Below are positions 16,419-24,154 of a DNA stretch of 33,887 bases, piece after piece. A program made the position numbers and the translations under genes. Positions within the stretch are counted from its first letter, which is position 1, and each line of letters starts with the position of its first letter. The notes under the pieces are model-generated. The model made no database searches, was not told where the DNA came from, and saw nothing but the letters and a program-made list of their open reading frames with translations. Source of the stretch: an uncultured Desulfonema sp. (GTDB lineage Bacteria; Desulfobacterota; Desulfobacteria; Desulfobacterales; DYRC01); NCBI GenBank assembly GCA_964564775.1, contig CAZMDM010000131.1, positions 1 through 33,887 on the forward strand, written 5' to 3'.

Positions 16419-18941
16419 TCACTGCTCATATAAATCCGGCGGAATAAAATATCTGCGGATAAAAAAATGGCTTATGGGTTTGTCAATCTGTTTTTCACAG
16501 GGAGTGATTGCCCATCGTTCGATATCTGAAAAATCTGTCGGCAGCACGGTCAGCATACTGCTCAGGTTTTCATCCGGCGAATCAATCTCCACAGATCCAT
16601 CAATGCCGAGTTTTGATGAGGCATCCACAAGACTTTGGGAAGACCGGATAAACTTATCCGCCGTAATATGGATGTTTCCGCCGTTGCCGCCATAAGCCTG
16701 TGCCAATATTTTACTGTTGTTCAGAATGACAAACTGCGGATCAATGGTAATATTTCCGCCGTTGCCGGTTCCCCCTTTTACGGAAGTGGTGATCTGACTG
16801 TCAGACAGATATAATCTGCTGCCGATATGAAACGCCATATCGCCTCCGTCCGCATTGAAACTTCCTGTTGTAATCGCGCTGTTATCCATTCGGACTATAC
16901 GGGATGCGTCCAGAAAGATATTGCCTGCCCTGCCGGTATCGGTGCTGAATGCAAAAATATAACTTTTATTTTCCATAACAAGATCAGATACATTCAGCAT
17001 AACATCATTTCCATCGCCCGTCCCGTAGCTGCTTGCAGCGATATTGGCTTTATCATTCAGCATCAGAATATCCGCGTTCAATCGGATTTCACCGGCTTTT
17101 CCGCTTCGGTCCGTACTTGCCGAGATGCCGGCTTCATGCTCAACAGACATTCGGGGAGTCAAAATCGTGATATTTCCGCCATCGCCGCTCTGATAGGTAT
17201 TGGCAAAAATTCCGCTGAGATAACCTGAAATATAAACAGAATCCGCAGCAGATACCGTGATATTGTTTCCGTTTCCGGCTCCGTTCGTTTCGCTTGAAAT
17301 TGCCGCGCCGCCCGTCAGATTCAGATGGTTCGTATTCAGACGGATTTCTCCCGCGTTTCCGATTCCGCCGCTTAACGCGGATATGCTACCTTCCTGAGCA
17401 AGCGATATTTCATCGGCTGAAATCGTAATATTCCCGGCATTCCCGCTGCTGGTCAGCGTATTCGTGTAAATACCGCTTTTATAGCCTTTATCATCGGTTC
17501 CCGAAATACGGACAGTTTTTTCGACAGAAATGTCAATATTTCCTCCCGCGCCCGCACCGTCTGTAACTGCCTGTATTCCCGATCCGTTACGGATGCTCAT
17601 CTGTCCCGCAGTCACAGATATCCGACCGCCATTCTGATCTCCGGTCGTTGATGCGGATATGATGCTTCCGCCATCGAGTGTCAGATCAGGGGTATTTACC
17701 GTAATTTCTCCGCCTTTTCCTCTATTGAAGGTATCTGCATAAATCCCGCTCAAATATCCTGAAATACTGACAGATTCCGCAGCAGATATGCTGATACTGC
17801 CTCCCTCGCCGTCTTCGCTGCTGGTGCTTGAAATATCTGATGTCCCGGATAAATTCAGTTTCCCGACACGAATGCAGATATCTCCGCTGTTTCCGTATCC
17901 GTAAGTTTCCGAAGTTATTTCAGAATGGTTATCAAGCGAAAGTTGTCCGGCTTGGATATGGATATTACCGGCAGTTCCCGAACCGTATGTTTGGGTAGCA
18001 ATGCTTCCCCCATAGGAAATTCCGGCTCCGTTCAGCAGCATATCGTCCGTAACGCAAATATCGATATCTTTTCCGTTCGCATTGCCATAATTATTCGTGC
18101 TGATCGCTCCGCCTCTGAGTTCGAATCTCCCTGCCCGGATAACGATTTCCCCGGCACTCGCGGTGAGGTCTGCCCAATTGTAATTTCCGCTGAATTTCGT
18201 ATCTCTGATAATGGAAATATTTCCCTGCTTTTCAATTCCCCGGATTCCGATATCATCCTGCTGGATTTCACCGGGAGATGCCGCAGAAGCAAGATTGATC
18301 CGTCCCTCCCACGCAACCCATGCGGCATTATGAAACAGAATATCTCCGCCGATGACCGATATGGTTTTTCCGTTAGGCACATACAGCATACTCCCTTCCG
18401 CAGAAATACTTCCGGGCTTGTCATTTAAAAATCCGAACGCTGTCGGCGCAGCCACAGAAAGAATTTCACCTATTGTCGGTTTCGAATAAAAGCGCTCACT
18501 ATCGCCCAGTCTCAGATAATCGGCAGTGCTGACATGGAACGAGCCGCCGAGATTGAGAGAGCTATTACTCCCGAATATAATGCCCGCCGGATTGAGAAAA
18601 TACAGATCGGCACCAGGAATCGTCGAAGCCAGTTTTCCGTCAATCCATGACACAGCGCCTCCGGTAACGCGGCTGATGATATTTTTCACGGAATCGGGAC
18701 CGGAAAAGGTCGCGGATTCGCCATTATGGATGTTGAACTGCTGAAAGCTGTGGAAGAGATTTACCCCGGTTTGTCTGCCATATTCGGGTTTGATCACGTA
18801 ATTCGGTCCCGACAGATCGAGCTTTCCGGCATCTCCAATGGTTCCGTCAAGCTGTACTCCCTGAGGATATATTCCCTCCGCGCAAACCGGCAGTATGAGG
18901 AATACGCTTACTATCGCCGAAACATAAATAATCCGTATCAT
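16419..18941 (-). CDS. TpsA-like exoprotein 1: filamentous haemagglutinin N-terminal (TPS) domain followed by GxxGxI beta-helix repeats
   Basis: 840 aa with signal peptide ...LILPVCA|EG. TPS-domain motifs are NLFHSFQQFNI and FLNPAGIIFG (NPNGI-like). More than 15 G(N/D/K)(A/G)G(N/E)I(T/R)(I/L) repeat units follow. The conserved C-terminal block is GGNGGNIHITADKFIRSSQSLVDASSKLGIDGSVEID...LPTDFSD...PC. Confidence 0.85.
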   Translation of the reverse strand: MIRIIYVSAIVSVFLILPVCAEGIYPQGVQLDGTIGDAGKLDLSGPNYVIKPEYGRQTGVNLFHSFQQFNIHNGESATFSGPDSVKNIISRVTGGAVSWIDGKLASTIPGADLYFLNPAGIIFGSNSSLNLGGSFHVSTADYLRLGDSERFYSKPTIGEILSVAAPTAFGFLNDKPGSISAEGSMLYVPNGKTISVIGGDILFHNAAWVAWEGRINLASAASPGEIQQDDIGIRGIEKQGNISIIRDTKFSGNYNWADLTASAGEIVIRAGRFELRGGAISTNNYGNANGKDIDICVTDDMLLNGAGISYGGSIATQTYGSGTAGNIHIQAGQLSLDNHSEITSETYGYGNSGDICIRVGKLNLSGTSDISSTSSEDGEGGSISISAAESVSISGYLSGIYADTFNRGKGGEITVNTPDLTLDGGSIISASTTGDQNGGRISVTAGQMSIRNGSGIQAVTDGAGAGGNIDISVEKTVRISGTDDKGYKSGIYTNTLTSSGNAGNITISADEISLAQEGSISALSGGIGNAGEIRLNTNHLNLTGGAAISSETNGAGNGNNITVSAADSVYISGYLSGIFANTYQSGDGGNITILTPRMSVEHEAGISASTDRSGKAGEIRLNADILMLNDKANIAASSYGTGDGNDVMLNVSDLVMENKSYIFAFSTDTGRAGNIFLDASRIVRMDNSAITTGSFNADGGDMAFHIGSRLYLSDSQITTSVKGGTGNGGNITIDPQFVILNNSKILAQAYGGNGGNIHITADKFIRSSQSLVDASSKLGIDGSVEIDSPDENLSSMLTVLPTDFSDIERWAITPCEKQIDKPISHFFIRRYFIPPDLYEQ

Positions 18942-18995
18942 AAGCTGTTCCCATTTTTAGAAAATTTTACTTGCCCCTGCCCATATATCACAACG

Positions 18996-19120
18996 CACCT
19001 TACGCAGTAAGCTCTGATTTCCGCAGATCCGCGGATTCTCTGTCTGCTCTTTCCGCTCTGAGGACAGATACGCATTTCAAGCCGTTTGTACACAGACAGA
19101 TCAAATTACTGCGTAAGGTG
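18996..19120. repeat. Perfect 15-bp inverted-repeat pair flanking 95 bp in the divergent TpsA1 / omptin-operon control region
   Basis: CACCTTACGCAGTAA at 18996..19010. Its exact reverse complement TTACTGCGTAAGGTG is at 19106..19120, a centre-to-centre distance of 110 bp. Short sub-repeats lie inside (CTGTCTG / CAGACAG). Confidence 0.8.
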
Positions 19121-19361
19121 AGTTATATCATAGTAGTGTACAAAATTCAATGTGGTCAGATACTAGGCGGGATTCGGCTTCCATCCAAACGATTTATCGC
19201 TCTGTGCGATTGTTTTTCAGATTCGATCTAACAGTTCATATATGAAACCATCATCCGAATTTTTTATACGCTTTTTCCGATAAAACTCTTGCAATCATCT
19301 GAAAAAAATGACACATAATAAGAATATCTGTCATTGAAAATGATTCGGATAGGAGGTGTAT

Positions 19362-19679
19362 ATGTCAAAAAATTCAATACGATATATTGTTTTTCTGCTG
19401 ATTGCCGGGCTGATCCTCGCACCGATTGCCCATGCTACGGATACACAGATACTCTCTCAGCAGGAAACGCGGGACAAAGAAGAGAAAGATCCCGGTGTTT
19501 TGGCAATGGACATACTGATTGCCCGTCCCTTGGGCATACTTGCAACCGTAGCGGGCGGAGCGATTTTTCTGGTATCTCTTCCGGTATCAGCAATGACCGG
19601 ACAAACCCGGATGGTGTATGACAAAATGGTGAGAGAACCAGCAAAATATACCTTCAAACGCTCTTTGGGCGAATTTTGA
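19362..19679 (+). CDS. Small conserved-hypothetical membrane/exported protein (signal peptide plus one further TM)
   Basis: The track begins at GTG 19356, but AGGAGG (19351..19356) sits 5 nt before ATG 19362. The protein is MSKNSIRYIVFLLIAGLILAPIAHA|TD..., then DILIARPLGILATVAGGAIFLVSLPVSA....EPAKYTFKRSLGEF. I recall this pattern from unannotated roughly 100-aa proteobacterial proteins and cannot assign a function. Confidence 0.6.
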   Translation: MSKNSIRYIVFLLIAGLILAPIAHATDTQILSQQETRDKEEKDPGVLAMDILIARPLGILATVAGGAIFLVSLPVSAMTGQTRMVYDKMVREPAKYTFKRSLGEF

Positions 19680-19701
19680 ACAGACAGGAGAATTCGGATT
19701 C

Positions 19702-20616
19702 ATGCGAAAAGGGCTGCTTTTTGCGCTGATGATTTTAGTTGTTCAGATAAGCAATGGATATTGTGCTGAAAAATACGTTACTTTCGGTATCGGAAGAATG
19801 GACGGAGATACGACATACAGTATCGGAGGAAAATATTTTACCCCCGACAGCGGTGTCGGAGAATACCCCTTTCCCATCAGTGTTCTGGAATTCGATATCG
19901 AAGTCTATATGGCATCGCTGAACGGCGGAATCCGATTTGACGATAAATGGGAAATCAATGCCGAAATCAGAAAAAATATATCGAGCGGCAGCGGGGTATT
20001 GAAAGATTCGGATTATTATATCACTACCGGTTATACCGGCATTCCCGAAGTATATTCGGAAAGTCACGTTGATCTCGACGCATGGTCTGCCGAGATGAAT
20101 TTTCAATATCGCTTTATCGAGGGCGTATATGCCGGCATCGGGTATCTGTATCAGAATTTCGATTATAATATCAAAGATTTCCGGCAATGGTATCCTCTGG
20201 GAACCCTTACGGATGAAACCGCAGGCACGTATGGTCCCGGAATCGGTCTGACGTATGATGTTAAATATCACATTCCTTATCTAAAACTTGGCGCAAAAGG
20301 AAATATCAGCGATGAAATGCGGATCGAAACCAGCGTGCGATATGCGCCACGTGTCTGGGCAAAAGACAGAGACAACCATGTTGCACGGCAGCTTTATTCC
20401 GAAGGCGACTGCGAAGGTACGGCGTGGCTCTGGTCACTGATTGCCCGCTACGATTTTCCGAATCGTTGGTTTATGCTATTCGAGTTCGATTATAATCGGA
20501 TTACTACGGACGGAGACAGCAAAACCTATAGCGGAGGACGCTGGGAATATACGATTGACGATGAAATCGAAAGCACTCAGACCTATTTCAGCCTGACAGC
20601 AGGATACAGATTTTAA
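19702..20616 (+). CDS. Omptin-family (MEROPS A26, OmpT/Pla-like) outer-membrane aspartyl protease
   Basis: 304 aa with a signal peptide. It aligns by eye with E. coli OmpT along its whole length. LKDSDYY matches OmpT MVDQDWM (Asp83/Asp85). RVWAKDRDNHV matches GWVESSDNDEHY (Asp210/His212). IPYLKLGAKG matches MPYIGLTGSY. The C-terminal FSLTAGYRF matches ITTAGLKYTF. Confidence 0.8.
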   Translation: MRKGLLFALMILVVQISNGYCAEKYVTFGIGRMDGDTTYSIGGKYFTPDSGVGEYPFPISVLEFDIEVYMASLNGGIRFDDKWEINAEIRKNISSGSGVLKDSDYYITTGYTGIPEVYSESHVDLDAWSAEMNFQYRFIEGVYAGIGYLYQNFDYNIKDFRQWYPLGTLTDETAGTYGPGIGLTYDVKYHIPYLKLGAKGNISDEMRIETSVRYAPRVWAKDRDNHVARQLYSEGDCEGTAWLWSLIARYDFPNRWFMLFEFDYNRITTDGDSKTYSGGRWEYTIDDEIESTQTYFSLTAGYRF

Positions 20617-20635
20617 TACAGTTCAAAGTTAAACG

Positions 20636-20680
20636 TGCAAAGTGCAAAATTGAGAAAATCATTTCACTTTGCATTTTGCA
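20636..20680 (+). terminator. Imperfect hairpin between the omptin gene and cbiQ (possible partial terminator)
   Basis: TGCAAAGTGCAAAAT (20636..20650) pairs with ACTTTGCATTTTGCA (20666..20680) at 13 of 15 positions, plus one G-U, around a 15-nt loop. TTGTTTCT follows. The stem is AT-rich, so termination would be weak. Confidence 0.35.
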
Positions 20681-20693
20681 TTGTTTCTCAACT

Positions 20694-21449
20694 ATGATCA
20701 GCGAAATATTTTCAGAAGAATCCTCTGTGATTGCAAGGCTTGATCCGCGTGTCAGGATTTTGTCGGCAGTATCATATTCATGTCTTACCGCGCTGCTGAA
20801 AGAATTTTCGTCATTATCGGCAGCAATGGTAATATCCGTGATAGCAATAGGCTTGAGCGGTCAGCATATCCGAACCGTTATCCGGCGACTTGCTGTGGTC
20901 AACGGTCTGATTCTGGCATTCTGGGTGTTGCTGCCTCTGACTTACGGAAAAGATATTTTTTATCATATCGGTATCTTGGCTATCAGCCGGGCAGGCATAG
21001 TTCTTGCCGCTCAGATGACACTCAAATCCAACGCGATTCTGCTTGTGTTTATTGCACTGATCGCATCCATGCCGATCAATACGCTGGGACATGCACTGGA
21101 ACGGCTATATCTCCCTTCCAAAATGATTTATATGCTGATGCTGGCATATCGTTATATTTTCGTGATCGAACAGGAATATCGCAAACTGATCCGTGCCGCG
21201 AAAATTCGGGGATTTTCTCCCAAAACAAATCTTCACACATATAAAACCTTTGCATGGCTGGTCGGAATGCTGTTTGTGCAAGCAGCCGCACGCGCGGAAC
21301 GGGTATATCAGGCAATGAAGTGCCGGGGATTTTCCGGCAGATTTTATTCACTTCGGAATTTTGAAATCTCACAAAATGACCGAATCTGCGCGGGTCTGAC
21401 CGGAATCACAATGATCTTGCTGATATTTCTGGAATGGGGACGACTGTGA
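20694..21449 (+). CDS. cbiQ: ECF/cobalt transporter transmembrane (T) component, CbiQ/EcfT family
   Basis: The track starts at TTG 20676; the first ATG is 20694. It has LDPRVRIL near the N-terminus and a polytopic body. The coupling-helix region is LAYRYIFVIEQEYRKLIRAAKIRGF, and AERVYQAMKCRGFSG lies near the C-terminus. These are the standard CbiQ signatures. Confidence 0.85.
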   Translation: MISEIFSEESSVIARLDPRVRILSAVSYSCLTALLKEFSSLSAAMVISVIAIGLSGQHIRTVIRRLAVVNGLILAFWVLLPLTYGKDIFYHIGILAISRAGIVLAAQMTLKSNAILLVFIALIASMPINTLGHALERLYLPSKMIYMLMLAYRYIFVIEQEYRKLIRAAKIRGFSPKTNLHTYKTFAWLVGMLFVQAAARAERVYQAMKCRGFSGRFYSLRNFEISQNDRICAGLTGITMILLIFLEWGRL

Positions 21450-22174
21450 CAGATAACACTCTAATGATTCATCTTCGGGATATTTCGTTTGCTTATCCGG
21501 GGGCATCTCCGATTCTGAACGAACTGAGCTTCGATCTGCACGAAAAAGATCGGATCGGGCTTCTGGGGCATAACGGATCGGGCAAAACCACGCTGTTTCA
21601 TATTATCATGGGCTTATTGAAACCAGATTCCGGTACAATTGAAATTTTCGGCAAACCGGTCGGATCGGAAAAGGATTTTACCGAGGTCAGACAGAAAATC
21701 GGATTGCTGTTTCAGGATTCGGATGATCAGTTATTTTGTCCGACTGTCTTGGAAGATGTGGTCTTCGGTCCTCTGAATCTGGGAAAATCGAAAGAAGAAG
21801 CCGTTGATATTGCTCGGACAACTCTAACTCGTCTGGGGCTTTCCGGCTTTGAAAACCGGATTACTAGCAAACTTTCCGGCGGCGAAAAACGTCTGGTATC
21901 TCTGGCAACCGTTTTGGCAATGCAGCCTAAAGTTCTGCTTCTGGACGAGCCTTCGACCGGATTGGATATCAGAACCAAAGAAAAGCTGATCAATGTGCTG
22001 TCATCGCTCGATCTGTCCTTTGTCCTGATTTCGCATGAAAGCGATTTTCTGACGGATATTGCCGATACGATTTATGTAATGGACAAAGGCAGAATCCTGA
22101 CGGATCAGGAAATTCACCTGCATCGCCATATCCACGCGCATCCCTTGGGAGCGCATCTGCATAACCACAAATAA
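21434..22174 (+). CDS. cbiO: ECF/cobalt transporter ATP-binding (A) component, CbiO/EcfA family, with a His-rich C-terminal tail
   Basis: Walker A is GHNGSGKTT, the Q-loop is LFQDSDDQ, the signature is LSGGEKRLV, Walker B is LLLDEP and the H-loop is ISHE. The start is ambiguous: ATG 21434, GTG 21446 (a GTGA overlap with the cbiQ stop), or ATG 21464 (MIHLRDISFAY, the usual family N-terminus). Confidence 0.88.
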   Translation: MGTTVTDNTLMIHLRDISFAYPGASPILNELSFDLHEKDRIGLLGHNGSGKTTLFHIIMGLLKPDSGTIEIFGKPVGSEKDFTEVRQKIGLLFQDSDDQLFCPTVLEDVVFGPLNLGKSKEEAVDIARTTLTRLGLSGFENRITSKLSGGEKRLVSLATVLAMQPKVLLLDEPSTGLDIRTKEKLINVLSSLDLSFVLISHESDFLTDIADTIYVMDKGRILTDQEIHLHRHIHAHPLGAHLHNHK

Positions 22175-22182
22175 ATACTATC

Positions 22183-22902
22183 CTATATCTCTTCCGGGGA
22201 AATCCCCAATTCCCTCAGCTTCGCCGCAAGACGCTCGGAGCGCTGCTTTTCCTGTTCGAGCAGTTCCGGCAATTCCTCATGGGAGGGCAGAAGATATCCG
22301 TCATTGCTCATCCATCTCAGCCAATCATTCCTGACAACCAGCCAGAGTCCGGTTATGGGCGAGTATATTTTCCTTTCATTATCTGGTGTTACGGTTTTGT
22401 ATCGTCCCCCGGAAAGTCTGTACCCTTCGAATTCATGGCTGAACGGGTCATAGATATAGTATTCGGGGGTCCGAAATATTTGCTCGTATATCTTTTTTTT
22501 CTCCCCCTTATCTGTCTTCCGTGTCGTGTCGGAGAGCAGCTCGATGATCAGATCGGGATACTTCATGCCCTCCTGCCAGACCACCCATGATTTTCTTAGA
22601 TGATCATCAGTATCCATCACCAGAAAAAAATCAGGTCCGATGAATTTTTTCTTTCTGTTCAGATCGAAATGCAGGAACATGTTTCCGCCGATATAGTATC
22701 TCCGGCTTTTTTTCCAGTAAGCCCTGAGAGAATGTATCAGAATATCCATCTGTTCGTGATGATGCGAGGTTTCCATCGGTTCTCCGTCATCATAAGGAAG
22801 ATCATCCTCGCCAGGCAGTTCGGAAGGCAGCAATCCTTCATATCCCGGCTGCCCGGCATAACCTGATCTGTATTGTCCAGTGTATGTCTGTAATGCGGTC
22901 AT
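22183..22902 (-). CDS. Uma2-family (DUF820) putative endonuclease, long form with a C-terminal coiled-coil tail
   Basis: 239 aa: DDGEPMETSHHHEQMDILIHSL...GGNMFLHFD...PDFFLVMD....W.VWQEG.KYPDLIIELLSDTTRKTDKGEKKKIYE..FRTPEYYIYDP. The tail QEKQRSERLAAKLRELGISPEEI is typical of long Uma2 proteins. Confidence 0.85.
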   Translation of the reverse strand: MTALQTYTGQYRSGYAGQPGYEGLLPSELPGEDDLPYDDGEPMETSHHHEQMDILIHSLRAYWKKSRRYYIGGNMFLHFDLNRKKKFIGPDFFLVMDTDDHLRKSWVVWQEGMKYPDLIIELLSDTTRKTDKGEKKKIYEQIFRTPEYYIYDPFSHEFEGYRLSGGRYKTVTPDNERKIYSPITGLWLVVRNDWLRWMSNDGYLLPSHEELPELLEQEKQRSERLAAKLRELGISPEEI

Positions 22903-23077
22903 CGTCTGCTCCTTATCCCGATTTTATTTTGTTATAGTTCAATATCCCGATACTTGCAATGAAAAAATATTGACATAACAGTCATTTCATATCATCGAGA
23001 ATTATTGATGGCGATACTTTTGTCATTATGATATATTCAACAGTAAGCATAAAAAAACTGAAAATACTGAGAGAAAC

Positions 23078-24061
23078 ATGAAGCGGATCACAGTCATTGT
23101 CGTCAATTGGAACGGAAAACGGTTTTTGTCCGAATGTCTTGAATCACTGAGGCGTCAGACGTATCGGAACTTTTCAACGCTTGTTGTGGATAACGGTTCC
23201 GAAGATGATTCTGTTGCCTTTATAGAGCAGCATTTTCCGGAAGTCGGGATCATTCCCTTGTCTCACAATACCGGATTTGCTTATGCCAACAACATCGCAT
23301 TGAAAACGCTTGATACCGAATATGCCGCTATGCTCAACAATGACGCGGTTGCGGATGAGAAATGGCTCGAAGCTCTGGTCAATGCTCTGGACAGATGTCC
23401 CGAAGCCGGAATGGCGGGTTCCAAGATGTTGTTTTATGATGCAAAAGATATGATTGATCGTGTCGGGGACGCATATTCCACCGCAGGTACGGGCTTGCTG
23501 CGCGGCAGAGGAATGCCTTCGGAATCCTACCATCAAGCGGAAAAAATTTTCGGAGCCTGTGCCGGCGCTGCTCTTTACAGAACTGCGATGTTCAGAGACA
23601 TCGGATTATTCGATGAAGATTTTTTCATTTTATATGAGGATGTCGATTTAAGTTTCAGAGCGCAGTTAAAAGGCTATGAATGCCTGTATGTGCCGGATGC
23701 TATTGCTTATCACAAAGCCAGTGCCACGATTATCCATGATTCTCCTACATCCGTGTAGTACAGCCATCGCAATCTGGAATGGACATATCTTAAAAATATG
23801 CCAACCTCTCTGATATTCAAAAGTTGTATTCTGCATCTTGTTTATAATCTGACATCATTTTTGTATTTTCTGATCTGTGGCAGAGGAATGGATTTTATCC
23901 GTGCCAAAACAGATGCGTTAAAAGGATTCAAAGCCGCTATGGACAAACGCGGCAAAATTCAATCTGATCGCATAGTAAATAATGAATATATATGGAAATT
24001 ATTCGAACAAGAAAAATTTTTGCCGAGACTGACGAGACGATTGAAGAGATTTGAAGTCTGA
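23078..24061 (+). pseudogene. GT2-family glycosyltransferase (rhamnosyltransferase-like) interrupted by a single in-frame TAG at 23756..23758
   Basis: ORFs 23078..23758 and 23798..24061 share a frame (offset 720 nt). Read-through gives a 327-codon GT2 protein. Its motifs are VIVVNWNG, VVDNGSEDDS, NTGFAYANN, LNNDA, GACAGAALYR and FFILYEDVDLSFR, then ...SPTSV*YSHRNLEWTYLKNMP. The family normally has Tyr at the stop position (V-Y-Y..RN..W...KNMP). Confidence 0.7.
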
Positions 24062-24154
24062 AATCTGTATTTGACAGAAATCGCAGACATTGATAAAGGC
24101 ATATAAACCGTATTAACGTCTGAGACATAAAATTCAAGGAGGTAAGGTTATCAG

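Noticed and set aside
20617-20693. A possible cobalamin riboswitch upstream of cbiQ.
   Set aside because: Only 77 nt are available, whereas B12 riboswitches need roughly 150-200 nt. I see no B12-box-like GCCACTG core, and the region is explained by a simple AT-rich hairpin.
23756-23758. The TAG in the GT2 gene read as pyrrolysine.
   Set aside because: The position corresponds to a conserved Tyr that is one substitution away (TAC/TAT to TAG). Glycosyltransferases are not known Pyl proteins, and no pyl genes appear in the window. It is kept only as a minor alternative within the pseudogene finding.
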